Shown piece by piece: positions 49,129-64,000 of a DNA stretch of 64,000 nt. The stretch lies in NCBI RefSeq assembly GCF_009914755.1, contig NC_060935.1; one strand, given 5' to 3'. Position 1 is the stretch's first letter. Every line of letters starts with the position of its first letter. This DNA comes from the human T2T-CHM13v2.0 reference genome, Homo sapiens. The position numbers and the translations under genes were made by a program. The notes below the pieces were generated by a model. That model was not told the origin of the DNA, did no database searches, and saw only the letters and a program-made list of their open reading frames with translations.

Positions 49129-50683
49129 GGAGGTTTCAGCTGAGACCTTAAGGATGAGTAGTGTGAACCAAGCAGAGTGGGAAGAAGAGAATTCCAAGCA
49201 GAGGGACTGGCATGTCCAAAGGTCCTGGGGTGAAAAGAAGCTCTTCAGGTTAGCTCATCTCCAAGTGGTGACTCTGGGATCCAGGATCCTTTCCATCTTT
49301 AACATCACAGTAGATAAATGGAGCATGGAGGATTGTGCATTCATGTGGTATGTTTCACTTCTGCCCACATCCATTAGCCCAGCAGTCATCCCAGGGTCTT
49401 ACCCTCTCAGCTAGGAAAAGTAGTTTTACTGAGGGCTCAGGAAGAAGAGGGGGAAAAAACAGAAGTTGGTCACTCTCAGTAGCCTCTGCCCCAGGGGGAC
49501 CAGGCCAGACAAGTCCTTGGTAGTCTTGGTTGGGACCTGGATCTGTATTCTTGGAGCAGATGATCTGATTTGCATTTGGCCACAGATCCAAGAAGGTATT
49601 AACATAAAGAGCGACTGCCAGCCATGACCCCAGCATTCCTCCCAGGAGGAAGGAGTCATCAAGTCCACTTTGTAGCTTGATGGCCTAACAGAACCCACTG
49701 GGGTGGTCAGAGTTCCATCCACAACATTCTGGAATGTGGCCTTGGGAACCAGTCAGCTTCTCCCCCTCCTCACACTCCTGTGGCCTCTGTTGCTCCAGCT
49801 CTGGTGTCTCTGAGGGGGACCTGGGAGGACTCTCAGCTTTCAACAGATCAGGCAGGTAACTCACAGAGCTAGGGTTCCAGGTAAACATGATCCCCAGGCC
49901 ACGCCTGGGCTCTGGTTTCTTAGGCAGGATGGGAGGAGTAGGTTGGCAGTGGCTGAGCCAGCCTGGTGAGTTTGGCTATCACTGATGGGCTCTAGTCTAA
50001 CGGTGGGCCAGAGACTGCCTGGAATTTGGTATCATATAAGCCCTGAGCCCAGATCACAGGCCTAGGATGACCCAGGACCTGGGGACCTCTTTGTTCTGTC
50101 TTGTGGGACCTGATTTGGGGTTCCTAGGCTTGCCCTGTGGATTTCAGGATACCCCCTAGTTAGGCAAACATATGAGCCCTGGGGCCTGGGATGGGAAAGG
50201 GGAAGTGGTGTGGCTCATAGCCACTCTTGTCCTCTCTGACAACATCAAAACCTCCAAGCAGGGCACCCCTAGAAATATTTTTGCTGTTTGCAGGATGGAG
50301 GTGAGCGTTTGAGCACCCAGGGTGGTTTCTCTAATTTCTCCTAGACCACAGAGTCAATGAGACATCGTCGACAAAGCCCGGGCTTTGCAATAAGATGGAC
50401 TGGGTTTGAATCCTGGCTCCGCCCCTTACCGGCTGTGTGACCTTGTAGCTTGGCAGTGGCTGTTTAACCACACTGAAACTCAAACTACTTAACCTCTCTG
50501 AATCTAATCTGTTTCTTCATCTGTAGAGCCAGAGGGTGGTGGAGAGTATAGTACCTGCTCGGCAGAGCTGTTGTGAAGAATAAATTTGACAACCTGTAGG
50601 TGCTGAGTAAACGACAGCTAGCATTATCCTGTGGGAGAGAACCAAGAGGAGAGAGGTTAAAGTTGCACAAAACCCTTTCCCCA

Positions 50684-50768
50684 ACACACACACATACACA
50701 TGCATGCACGCATGCACGCACACACGTACACGCATGCACACACGTGTGCGTGCACACACACACACATA
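50684..50768. repeat. (CA/CG/TG) alternating purine-pyrimidine tract
   Basis: CACACATGCATGCACGCATGCACG...; Z-DNA-prone composition. Confidence 0.85.
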
Positions 50769-51104
50769 CCCCCCCATATCCTGCAGCCATAGCCAAAGGG
50801 ATCCTGTTAAAACATGTGTCCTCTGTGCAAAATTCCCGGATGACCTGTCACCTAGAGTCAAAGCCAAAGTCCTCATGAAGGACAGGGGCCCTCCTCGGCC
50901 TGCCCAGTCCTTACTTTCTGTCTCTGATCTCCTGGACCACCATGCTTCCCCTTGCTCCCTGGGCTGGGCCCCTTGCTGCTCCCAAAGTCCCAGGCATACT
51001 CTTGCCCTAGGGGCTTGGCACTGCCATCTCCACTGCCAGGAGTGTACCCTGCCATCTTTGCTCAATGCCATGGTCTCAATGAGACCTCCTTTGGCCACTC
51101 AGAT

Positions 51105-51628
<524 letters not shown>

Positions 51629-53766
51629 CAGTCCTCCTCCTTTCTTTTCCCTGCTTTATTTCTTCCGTAGCCTGATCATGACCTGACACGTGTTTTGTTG
51701 ATGATCTCCACTCGCATGAATATAAGTTCCACAAAGGCAGGGGGTTTGTCTATTATGTTTACATTCATAGTAATCCCCAGTGCCTAGGCATAGAAGTAGG
51801 TGCTTAAGGTTTGTTGAATGAATACCTGAAAGATGGCAGGAACTGAAGTTCTGGCTGATGCAGGAAAGGGGAGTGGGCCATGAGGTGAGGACATCATCGC
51901 TTTCCTTTTTTGCCAAATGAATGGGTTGGCCTAGACACCCAAGAGACCATGAACCCCTGGGAATTGCGCACATCATTGGGTGAGTCTCTGCCTCCATGCA
52001 TTTTTCTGGAACAAGGGTCCCTACCTTCTTGCAGACATTGAAGAGAGCCTGTGACCTCCCAGAGGCGCTAAGCACCCTTCCAGCTCTGACATCGTATAGT
52101 TGGCTCTAATAGGTTTGAATCCTTGTTTTCTAAGAACCTAGGATGCTAAGATCCCATCATCTTATTCAGCAGCCAGGGGGGTCCTGGCCCCAAGGCAGGG
52201 AGGGGAATCCAGAGGGGACTTTGGCAGGGTCAGTGTGGAGGGGGCGGTAGTGCCTATGGGGACATTGGAGGGGAGACAAAGGAGACTTGTATATTACGTG
52301 TGCCGTTTTCTTCCTTTTATTTAAAAGAAAATAGGTTTAAAGCAAGTTTGATGAAATGTGAACAATTGTCAATGCTGGGTACTGGGCATGGGGGTGTTTA
52401 TCACAGCGCCACACTTTTCCTATATTTTAAGAAATCCTTTAAAAAATACAGAGTTGGGGGTGGGCACTAATAGTTATAGCTCATGATTAGTAACAGAGAG
52501 GCAGTTTCTGGGGCCCTAGGGGACCTGCACTTTGGGTGTTTTTGCAGTGTGTGTGGGGGCAGAGGGGCTGGCCAGGGTCTGGGACCCATGCCTGGAGCTG
52601 ACAGAGTCCTCTCTCCTCCCCTGCTTCCCCCTCCCAGGTCTCAGTTTCCTGCCTTCCTGGGAAGTGGGGAAAGGCTGAGAGGCCCCGTGCTGGGGGTGAA
52701 GCTAATTCATTAGTTACGCCTCAACAAGGACCGGGTGCCTGCAGTGCCAGCGTGATTCATCATGATGATTGCCCCACTGCCAGCCTGCGTGGGCCTGGAA
52801 CGCCAGCACATTTTACCTTTACCCACTGAGAAGGGCCTGGTGGGAGGTGAAGGTACAGGATCTGCCGAGAGCAAGAAAAAGACTCTGAGAAAGAAGAGGG
52901 CTGGTCCTCCATGCTCTCGGCCCCAGGAAGCTCTGCCAGGCTGGTGCCGGGGTGGAGAGGCTCATGTGGGCTCATGTGGTGCTGCCTGTGCTGATGGAGC
53001 CCAAGAGGGCAGCCTGGCGCTGGGTGCCAGCCTGAGCATGTGGCGAGGCTGGGCTGCTGAGCCTCCTCCTCCACAGCCAATGTTCCCTCAAACTGCTTGG
53101 GGGCGGGGGGAGGGACTCATCCTCATCCCATTAGCCTGGCTGGGTATTCCCTACCTTTCTGGTCTCTGAGAGACTTACCTCTTCCAAGAAGTCCTCCCGA
53201 ATGAGTAGAAGGGAGAGAGCTGGATTGGAACTTAAGTGACATCTGGGAGGAGCCTGAAGCCCCTCCGGTTGGGGCTGAGACTCCTATACCCTAGGTCTGG
53301 TGTCTGGGTTCCACCTGGGTCCTCTACCTTGGCCTGGATTCCTACTTTCGTTTTGCCAGTCTCTCCCAGGATGGGGGTGCATGGCTGGTTCGTGGCTCAG
53401 AGCAACATCTGCCTCTGTGTCCCCCCATCATCTGTCCGCCCCCTAACACCTCTTGCCATATTAGAATTGCTATTGCTCTGTCCTTTCATTCATGTATCCA
53501 ACAAATATATATTATCTGAAAAAAAGCATGTGCTGAATAATTTCATTTGTGTGAAATTCAAGAACAGGGAAAACTGATCCATAAGGATAGAGGTCAGGAT
53601 CATAGTTGCCTCTGTGAGGTGGGGATTGACCGCAAGAGGCTTGAGAGAACTCTTGGGTTGATGGAAATGGGACAGGGGTGTGTACATTTGTCAAAACGCA
53701 TCCAAGAAGACACTTACGATCTATGCATTTCACTGTATGCAATGTTTGCCTCCACTTTTTTTGTTA

Positions 53767-54112
<346 letters not shown>

Positions 54113-55475
54113 ATTTGCATGGAATGTCTACTGTATGCTCTAGAGCCTGTGCCAGCAGGGAAGGAGATGCCCAAACCTCCCTGGCTGGGCAGCTTACGTT
54201 CCAGTGGGGATGGTTCCCTTCCTCCCGTTGCATTGGCAACTGCTCTCTGCCCTTGGGCTGTCTTCCATCCCCCTTCCCCTGCAGTGGGGATGGCAATGGG
54301 GGTGGGCCAAAGGGCAGCGTGCTCTCCTGAAGTCAGTCCACTCAGCCAGTTACATGGGTCACACCAGCCGGGTTCAAGAGAAGGCAGGAGGCAGGAGGCT
54401 TGGAGCCCGAAAATTTGGCTCCCGGGCTGCAACCTCTATGCATTGTGTGACCGTAAGCAGGGTGCCTAATCCCCGCGAGGCCACTTCTCTCATCTTTCAT
54501 GTGGGATTATAGTGCTGTCTTTGTAGCTTTGTCCAGAGAATCAGAGGCTCTGTTGTGAGAAAATTCATTGCTGGAGGTGGAGTGAACCTTGTTTCCATCT
54601 ATCGGTATGGTTTATGGTTAGGAACACAGGCTCTGGAGTCACACTACCTGGCTTCGAATCCAGCTGCTCATCAGCTGGGTGACCTTGGGCACTTCACTCA
54701 GCTCAGACTGACCCAGCTCAAGTCATGTCTCTTTGACCCTCAGTTTCTCCATCTTTAAAATCGGGGTGATGAGGGTGTCTACCTCATAGGCTGTGCCAAG
54801 GACTCAACGCAATGCTTTCAGCATAGTGCTGGGCACACGTGGGCTCGAAGCCAGTGACAGCCAGTGCTTTTCTGCCAGGAGCTCCCGCAGGAGGGCTCCG
54901 GATGGGAGGTGGGGGGAGAAGGCAGGGGGGAACTGCTGCTGGTGGTAGCAGGCGAAGGAAGAAGAGTCATGGAATGAGAGTGGCCATGATTGGTGGCTCA
55001 AAGGCGTTCACGTGTCCCAGTCCTCTGTCCACCGCAGCCACACACAGACTTTGAGCGTCGGTGGAGGGATCCTGGCAGGAGAGAGGGGTGTGAGTGTAGC
55101 AATGAGGAAGCTGTAGGGCAATTAGGCGGGGCGGAGCCAAGCCCTGGGGCCCGGTAAAACCAGCAGATGTGAAAAGGGCCGGACAGTAACACTGTTTCGA
55201 GTTACTACACTGAAGTGATCCCAGCAGGTAGGCCGGCCGCACGCCGCTGGACGTGAATGGCTCGCAGTGACCGCGCCCCTCAGCCCCTCCTTGTGAGCCT
55301 CTAGTCCAGAGTCTTTGATCCACCGCCAGCGTTTCCTTCGCCTTCTTGGACCCGCGGCTCTGGGGCGCACACAACCGCACACCAAACAGCGTCGGGCGTC
55401 GGGTCTCAGTGCCAGGCTTGGCCGGGGCGGGGAATCTCTCGGCTTGTGCTTGCTCCGCGGTGGGCTGGATGGGCA

Positions 55476-55537
55476 GGTAGGGGGCGGGCTCCGGCGCTGG
55501 GACCCCACTAGGGTGGCGCCTTGGCCCCGCCCCGCCC
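55476..55537 (+). ncRNA. MIR4488: MIR4488 annotated hairpin (mature AGGGGGCGGGCUCCGGCG at 55479-55496)
   Basis: Mature sequence recognised from memory; arms GGGGGCGGGCTCCGGCGC and GGCGCCTTGGCCCCGCCCC can pair. Functional status doubtful. Confidence 0.8.
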
Positions 55538-55578
55538 CGCCCTCCCTCCGCCTCATTGGCAGCCGCACGCGCGTCGGG

Positions 55579-55592
55579 GTTGCCAGGGCGAC
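55579..55592 (+). promoter_or_regulatory. RFX X-box in the LRRC10B promoter
   Basis: GTTGCCAGGGCGAC versus consensus GTTGCCATGGCAAC; lies just 3' of the CCAAT/GC boxes. Confidence 0.7.
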
Positions 55593-55626
55593 GGGTCGCT
55601 AAGCTGCGAGTCAGCGCGAACCCTAG

Positions 55627-56757
<1,131 letters not shown>

Positions 56758-58345
56758 GCCTATGTTCTGGCTGATGGGCTTCAGCCACTCTGAGAGGAGG
56801 GGCTCTAGGAAGCTTTGGCTGGTTAGGCCTGCGGGACTGGTGGGTCCCTACTTAGGTCAATGGAACGGCTACTTTTGGCGAGTTGCCGGGCACAGGCAGG
56901 GCTGGGGCTCATCTTCAGACACTCCTAGGTAGTAAGAGGACTGACTATACCCTGGCTGATCTGTGGGCAATTGTCAGACCAAGAAGTCTGGGCTGGGTCC
57001 AGTCCCCGATGGAGCCACTGATAACAGAGGCACCAGCTTCCTCCTGGAACCAGGGTCTCTGAGGGCCACAGAATTGTCACGTCTCCCTGAGTCTGGATGC
57101 AGGGCGCCCAACACCCTCCCTCTTTCTGGGGTTTGGGTCTCCTAGGCCCACCCTTTCTAGGACAGGAGCCGCTACCTCTGGGGTGGACTGCGTGCCTGTG
57201 TGGGGCAGGACTGCCCTTGCGAGGAGGGCCTGGCCCAGGAGCAGGGGCTTGGAGTGGGGCTGGTGCCCGGGACAGAAGTGGGAAATAGATGGAGGCCCCA
57301 ACACCGAAGCTGCCCTCACCCCTCCATCAGGGCTGATCGTACATACCTCCCTCCTCGGCCCCCTGAGATTGGTATGGGGCACAGAAGGTAGGGGGTCACC
57401 CCCACCCTATTCTGTTCTCTTCTCCCAGCCTCCCAGCATGTGCCTGGAACCTTGCTGGGAAGAGAGAGCTCCCCCTCCACTCCCCACCCCATAGCCTGAG
57501 CCTTCCAGCTGTCAAGTTTGAAAAGAAGCCACCGTGCCTCCAGGGCCTCCTGCACCGCAGAGAGGGGCTCTCTGCTCTGGGAGGCTGCTCAGCGCCTCTC
57601 CCACGGCCTGCACTCTCCTTTCCCTTAAATGGGCACAGCCAGGGTGGCTGGCACGGGACTGGCACTCTGTACCTCCACTCCGTCACCAGGGACAGCCCCG
57701 AGGGGGTGAGGAGAGGGGCCTTGCTCTGCAATTCCCAGAGCCAGATCTTCCTCATCCAAGCAATAACGGGACGAGGGAGCCAGGGCCAAGGACACTCAGG
57801 GACACTGTTGGGGCAGCGGCCCCACATGGTAATGTTTTCTTTAGAGAGAAGAAAAAACAACTGGCTGTAAACGTAAATTATATTTCTTGGAGAAAGAATG
57901 TGCATTTCCCATGTGCCTGTTTATTTATAATCCCTGGGAGCACCGGAACCCACTGCTGTGGGGACCCTGGGCTCCCTCTGGCACTGCCCCCGCCCCATGT
58001 GCTCCCCGCTCCATGTCAGACCGACCCTGCCAACTGTGGTGTGCTGTCTGTCTGGGGAACAAGTGCTGTCGTCAGAAGTGGCTTTTGTCCCTCGAGGCTG
58101 CTCTCCTGTCTTGCGGAATCCCGCAGCTTAATTCTGCAGAAGATTTTGTATGTTTTTGAGTCACCCTCGAGCTGGGCCGATGGTTCCCTACTCTTTCACT
58201 GGCACTGCCCCTCCACCCCCTCCATGACTCTAGACTCGCCTCCCTCCGTCTCTCTCGCTCTATTTTCCTCTTTCTGTCTCTCTCCTTCTTAGTCTCTTTT
58301 TGCTCAGTTTTGGCATTTCTTTCTCTCCTTGTTGTTCAGGAAAAT

Positions 58346-58351
58346 AATAAA
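58346..58351 (+). terminator. Candidate LRRC10B poly(A) signal AATAAA
   Basis: First canonical hexamer I found after the stop. An AT-rich stretch with a GU/U-rich downstream element near 57870-57930 may be the real, non-canonical site. Confidence 0.4.
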
Positions 58352-58964
58352 TTAACGATTTAAAGAAAGGAAGAAAGTTGTAAAACCCAAGCCTGGAGGC
58401 CCATCTCCCCGGAGAAGATCCTGCCAGATCTTCATCACCATGGCAACAGGGGCATATGGGGCCAGAAGGTCAGGCCCTGCCCAGCAGCTCTGCTGGCACA
58501 CTGGGCTGGGCCCTGGCTAAGGAGGAGGCTGGGCATGGGTCTGGGGCTGTCAGCTTGCAAATGAGAGTGAAGGCCTTGAACGGACAGAAAGAGGTGGTGG
58601 GTGGGGAAGATTGGAGACTGCCACCTTCCCAAGGAGGAAGAGGGTCTGGGGCCTGGCTGCTGTAGACCTTGTCCCTCCCAGAGTTCCCCCTGTTGGGGTT
58701 CCATCAGGGCCAGTGGGCCTTTCAGGGGTCTGGAAACTTGGAGAAAGTAATTTGAGAGAAGATCACTCAGGTGGGGTAGGAGCTGCAGCTGACTGGGGAC
58801 TCTCCTCTTGACCTGCCACTTGTATCACAGCATAGGGAAAATACCCCTGGGCCTACAATCAGAAGGCAGGGGTTGCAGGCCTGGTTCTGCTATTGACCAA
58901 GTGATCTTGAGCAAGTCACGACCCCCCTGGGCCTTAGCTTCTTCGTCTGTACACGAAGAGTTGG

Positions 58965-59287
58965 GTTTATTTATTTATTTACTTTACTTTTATTTTATTT
59001 TCCAAGATGGAGTCTCTCTCTGTTGCCCAGGCTGGAATGCAGCAGCATGATCTTGGCTCACTGCAACCTCAGTTTCCCAGGTTCAAGCAGTTCTCCTGTC
59101 TCAGTCTCCTGAGTAGCTGGGATTACAGGTGTGCACCACCACGCCCGGCTGATTTTTTTGTATTTTTAGTAGAGACGGGGTTTCACCATGTTGGCCAGGC
59201 TGGTCTCGAACTCCTGACCTCAGGTGATCTGCCTGTCTCGGCCTCCCAAAGTGCCGGAATTACAGGCGTGAGCCACTGCACCTGGCC
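58965..59287 (-). mobile_element. AluSx
   Basis: TSD TTGGGTTTATTTA. Confidence 0.9.
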
Positions 59288-60613
59288 CAAGGAATTGGGT
59301 TTATTTAGATCTGATGCTGCAGCTCAATACTTCATGCAAGGGGTTTGTTTACCTTCCTTTCATGCAAATCTTAGACACAGAAGCAGCAGGGTGCAGAGGC
59401 AGCCATGGTCACCTGCAATAACTGCTGTCATTAGTGAGCTCAGGTCTCCTCCCTCTGTCTGATCTGTTTCCCTGTACCTCCTCCCCTGCTGCTCTCACCT
59501 GAGGACTCTAGGTTGGGGCAAAGTCCTGGCAATGAGTCCCCCGGGCCATCCTGAGGCACTCAGGGCCTTACCCTTTTGCTTTGTCAAACGTGGCACCCGC
59601 AGCCATGACTGCTTGCCAGCTGAGCAGGCGCTCCCCCAGGGAATGGGAATGGGCTCTGTCCCTGGCCCTGCTACTCACTTGCTCTCCACCCTCAGAAGCC
59701 AGTCCCTTCTGGAAAGTTTGAGTTTGGCTAAATTGGGTGCTGATGCTACAGAGCACGATTGAGGGTCTCTGTCTCCATGTGAGTAGGGAGGGAGCTAACT
59801 GCCAGGGAAAACTGGGTGTCACGGCTCCCCTCGGTGATGGAGATAGCACTGTATTAGGAGTCCTAGCATTCCCCCACCCACAACTTCCTGTGATTCCCAC
59901 TTGGCCTCTGGGGAGTAGGGGGCAGGGGAGACTGGAAGGGACGCTTGTAACAATGGGACGGGATGGATGGGCTGCCTCTGCGGTTCCCCACATCGTCCTG
60001 GGGCAGTCAGAGGTGGGCAGGCCATGGGGGAATAGGGCAGGGAAATTCTGCAAGAGTCATGTTTGTACCAGGGATTCAGGGGCAGAGGCCAAGGGCGCTG
60101 GTGGTCAGAGCAAGAAGCTTCCTTCCTGCTGTGGGAACCAAGTGGAGGGAAAGGCAGAGGAGGCGGCAGGGCAAGAAACAGGGTTGGGGGGGGTGTGGGC
60201 GCGAGTGACTCACCCGTAAGCGGTGTGAGGACTCCCAACCCAGTGCTCACTGTGTCACAGAAGAGCTGCTTGGTCCCTGGCTGGCAGTCAGGTCTGTGAG
60301 TGGAATGGAATGGCTGAGAACTGCGCCTGTTCTTGAGGCCCCCGCCCCCACCAGCCTCCAGGCAAGCAGCCCTGCTGGCCAGTGTGGCAGCAGAGACCCA
60401 GGCCTGGAGCCTTTTCTAACCTTGTGAATGCCATTCCTCACCCTCTTCCCACCCACCCTCATGGGACTCAGGAAAGTGGGAGAACAGGTTCTTGGAGCTG
60501 GGGGCCCTACCCAGAAGTCCCTCCCTGCCTCCCATGCCACCACACTGGCTTACTCAGCCATCTGTCCCAAAGCTTCCCCAAGACACCTGGCGATCTTGTT
60601 CTGAAGATGAACG

Positions 60614-60619
60614 TTTATT
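60614..60619 (-). terminator. Distal poly(A) signal (SYT7)
   Basis: TTTATT on + = AATAAA on -. Confidence 0.7.
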
Positions 60620-62208
60620 AGCACACCTGGGCGTGCCACATGGAACATGTATGCAGACAGGGATCCCTGCCCAGGGGGCTCACAATCTACACAAGACACG
60701 ACACATACACGCAGGACACAGACACGGGGAGCGGGGCGTCTTCACGGGAAACAGATGGTCTGGGGAGCCACGAGCTGGGGCATCGGCGTGCTCAAGGCTT
60801 GTCCTTCTGGTTGTCTTTGCGTGGGAGGGAGAGGAGCGCAGGACGTAACCCAGGACAGCCTTCCAGAAAGCAGCAGTATCCAGGGGGGGACTCACAGGAG
60901 AAAGAAAACACCAGAGGGCGGTGGTCCCAGGTACAGGGAGAGGTGGGGGAGCATCTCAGAGCAGGCATGGACGAAGACAGACCCAGAGAAGCAAAAATGG
61001 AGGAAGGCAAAAAGTCCAGGGAAGGGCCCGAGCCAGTGGCAAGGGACTGCCCCCTGTGCTGGGCCTGAGCTGTCTCTGACTTCAGGCTCAGTTTTCCAGG
61101 GCTGCTTTCATGGAGAGCGCCTGAACAGAAGCTCTGGCCAAGGGAGCCCCTGAGGCTACTTACCTGACCCGGGGGCTTCCTCTGATCTCTGGAACAGAGA
61201 TCAGAAGTGATATCTAAACCAGGTTGTGGGAAATGAGGGACAGACAGCTTTGGATGGGGTACTTAGTGCAGCTCCGGGAGGCAGCTGCTGGCCCCAAGTG
61301 CTGGGAGCAGAGGGCGGATGGGATGGCCCGCTTCACTCCTGGTGGGGGCAGGGGCCAGCAGGTGGACACATGACAATGGGGATGTGCTCGTTCCTTTTGT
61401 GCCTGTGTCTGAACCAGATGTAGCACCTTCCTTCTGAAGTACCCTGAGAGCTGCGGGGGCTCAGCTTCCCCTGGGCTGGGTGGGGAAGAAAGGGCAGGGG
61501 ATGGGGATGGTTATTGCTTTGTTGTGGCCAGAAGAAACAGGTGGAAGGAAAGAGCTTGCCCAGGGCCACAGAGGCTGCAGAAGGGATTACAACCCAGCTT
61601 CCCACACCTCAGGCTGGAACCTGTTCTATTGAGTGGAAGAGACTTTTCTAATCCTAAAGAATGAAACTAGAAGAGGGCTGAGAGAAGCCGCAGGTCCAGC
61701 CAACAGACACAGAGCTCATTGTCTTTCCTTTTCCCACCTCAGGGACCAGGAAGGAGGCGCTGGCCTGAAACTACAGTGGCCCCATGGATGGTGGTGGGAA
61801 AGCTGGAGCGTCCCCCTTTGGTTTGTCTGAGCTGCCTTGGAGGGTGGCAAGTGTCCTCTGGGAACTGAGGGAGGGGACGTCAGGCTGGGTGACCCTGGAG
61901 GGCACCCCTGAGGCCTAGAGAGGACTCTACTCCCAAAAAGCCTTGTGTCAGGCCTGATCTGGGAGATGTAGCTGCCTCTCTGCTTTCTGGGAAGCCAGTG
62001 GGATCATATTCTATAGAGATCTGAGGATGGCTGGACACTCGGGAAGGGCCTGGTCACCAGTGAAGTCAAATCCCAAAGGTGACACACTGAGGGGAGGCTC
62101 AGCCCCGGGGCCCCCATCCCCTTCACCCCACTGCCTCTGCCCCCAGGGAGGTGAGGGAGGGCTGGGACCCACGGAGGAAACAGCCAAGGCCCTACTTTTT
62201 CACGATCC

Positions 62209-62214
62209 TTTATT
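62209..62214 (-). terminator. Proximal poly(A) signal (SYT7)
   Basis: TTTATT on + = AATAAA on -, preceded on the mRNA by an AU-rich block. Confidence 0.7.
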
Positions 62215-63977
62215 AATCAGAACAGGCGTTGCCACAAAAAGCAGGGCCCATTCCCACAAAAATATGATTTTGCAAAGAGGAAATCTTGCTGGCTTAGAGG
62301 GTATGTGTGGTGGAAAAATTTTGTATGGTTCTTTTTTTCCTGTTTTTTTTTTTTCTTCAGTTTTTCTTCATTTCTCTTCGCTGCAAAATTTTTTTTTTTG
62401 TGATGGTGGGTTTTTGTTTTATTTTTTATAAAACACTTGCACTCAAGAACATACAAACAGTGGCCACCAATCCCCACCCCTGGGGCTCCGGGGAGCCCCC
62501 CTGGCTTGTTTGTGGCTGTTTTCCTCTGTCCCTTCCCTGGCATCTGGTGCCAGAGGGCAGGTGCGGGGGTCCTGGGGCGGGTGGAATTTGTACAGCACTT
62601 TCATGGGGAGATGGTCACAAGAAAGGAAACCAGGACAAGATAAGGACTAAGTCTAGGGCACCCACAAAGATGGCAGACGAAGCCCATGAAAGGGCCTGCG
62701 ACAGAGTGAAGAGACGGATGGGCCTGCGTTGGCCTCAGCTAGCTCTGGAGGCTCTGTGGGGGAGGGGCAGGTGGGCCTTGCAGTCAGGATTCGGTAATTA
62801 CACTTTGCTCACGGGTAGCACCTTCGGAGTCCTCCTGCCTTGACCCCCAGGTCAGGTGATGGTGGCCTCACAACCTCCCCTATGAGGTAGGTGAAGTATT
62901 ATTACCATCATTTTACAGATGGGGAAACCGAGGCCCAGGGAGTGCGGGTGACTTGCCCAAAGTCCTGGGATGGTGGCAAGGCTCCGGTGCCCTCCCCCCA
63001 CCCTCAAGTTCCCCCATTCTCTGCTCTCCTATTGCCCTAGACCGCCCCCGCCCCATCCCATACCACCCTTACCTCCCGTGCTAGCCTACCCGGCCCTCGG
63101 CCCACCGCTTGCCGCCCCAACATAGCATCCCAGAGCTCCACCTGCACGTGGTGGTGGTGGGGCGCTGGGGAAGCCCAAGCCTGGTCGCTAATGTGCCTGG
63201 GTGGGGTCTGGTTGGGAAGAGACCCCTGCCAGGAGATGCTCTCTGCATAGGATTGGCTAAGAGCTCTGTGGGCGGGGCTCGGGAAAAATGGGGAGCCGTT
63301 GCCCCGCCCACTCGATACAAGTTGGTTGGATCCCCAGGGCGAAGGCGCCTGGAAGGTGGGGGCTGGCTCACTGGGCGGTCTTCCGCGGGGCAGGCGGGTG
63401 GTGGGGGGACAGGAAACCGAGGCGGATCCAAGAGAGGAGTGGAGAAGGGCAGATCCCCTCCTCCGCTCAAGACTTCCCACCACACTCTCTCCCACGTCCA
63501 CGAGGCCTCGGGGTCGCTGCCCTCCCGTCCCGGCTGGGGGCCGCTCCCCAGCCCGCCAAAGAGGAGGATGCAGTTGGGGCCGACCCCATTTTAAGCAAAG
63601 CTACAATATAGAAACATTTGGATTTACAAGGAACGTGGGTGACTATTTGCTTTACATTAGCATTCTTCACTCTACAAAACGATTCACCTACTATGTATGA
63701 TGTTCCTCCAGATCCCAGGGAGAGGAAATGGTGGGGGTGTGCGATTTAATTTCAGAAAATTTCGGTATGGGCAAAAGGCGACCCGTCTACTGCAGCAAGC
63801 AGAATGCTCAGCTCAAGGGGAAGCCGTTCGAAGGAAAATGGTTCCCAAATGCCAATGGTCTCCCCACGCCCTGGATGTGGGGACCCTATCCAGAGTCCCC
63901 TTCTTCTCTTTGGGGTGTCACAGGCCCATCCAGAGTGGAACTGGGGGCTAAGACCACGGCCACAGACTGTGGGGGCC

Positions 63978-63996
63978 TGGCGCCACCTGGCGGTAG
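63978..63996 (-). promoter_or_regulatory. CTCF core motif, reverse orientation
   Basis: Reverse complement CTACCGCCAGGTGGCGCCA, near-consensus. Confidence 0.75.
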
Positions 63997-64000
63997 TTCT

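Larger units (their letters stand above)
60594..64000 (-). other. SYT7: Distal 3'UTR of synaptotagmin-7 (coding exons outside the window)
   Basis: Long, nearly repeat-free stretch with minus-strand AATAAA signals and AU-rich blocks. Identity inferred from the known gene order LRRC10B-><-SYT7, not from coding sequence. Confidence 0.75.

Noticed and set aside
55503-55520. CCACTAGGGTGGCGCC as a CTCF site inside MIR4488
   Set aside because: An extra base breaks the core spacing; poor fit in either register
57534-58292. 252-aa ORF after LRRC10B
   Set aside because: Non-ATG start, 3'UTR-like composition, no recognisable domain
62418-62423. Third minus-strand AATAAA
   Set aside because: Embedded in and followed by A-runs on the mRNA; apparent 3' ends here would likely be oligo-dT internal priming

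Overview
Primate (almost certainly human) genomic DNA, very Alu-rich. I recognise it from memory as the chr11q12 SAXO4(PPP1R32/C11orf66)-MIR4488-LRRC10B-SYT7 locus; no database was queried. Positions 1-27.9 kb are intergenic and mostly nested Alu, MaLR and DNA-transposon debris. SAXO4 (+, ~27.98-37.85 kb) was rebuilt by hand: 12 coding exons, all GT-AG, 1278 nt = 425 aa, plus a non-coding first exon and a 3'UTR exon. A CpG island (~55.2-56.8 kb) holds the MIR4488 hairpin and the intronless LRRC10B CDS (55879-56757, 292 aa). From ~60.6 kb the window is probably the minus-strand SYT7 3'UTR, with two poly(A) signals. There are no prokaryotic-type systems, and most ORFs in the supplied track are Alu or low-complexity artefacts. 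Best leads: (1) RFX X-boxes at both SAXO4 and LRRC10B, inside a convergent CTCF pair, suggesting a ciliary co-regulated module; (2) a uORF whose stop codon supplies the Kozak -3 base of LRRC10B; (3) two chimeric AluS/AluY elements 30.5 kb apart that share private mutations; (4) a strictly alternating two-motif repeat in SAXO4; (5) a TALE/AP-1 motif cluster followed by a splice donor and a 1-kb UG tract. Repeat boundaries and subfamily names are by eye and approximate.
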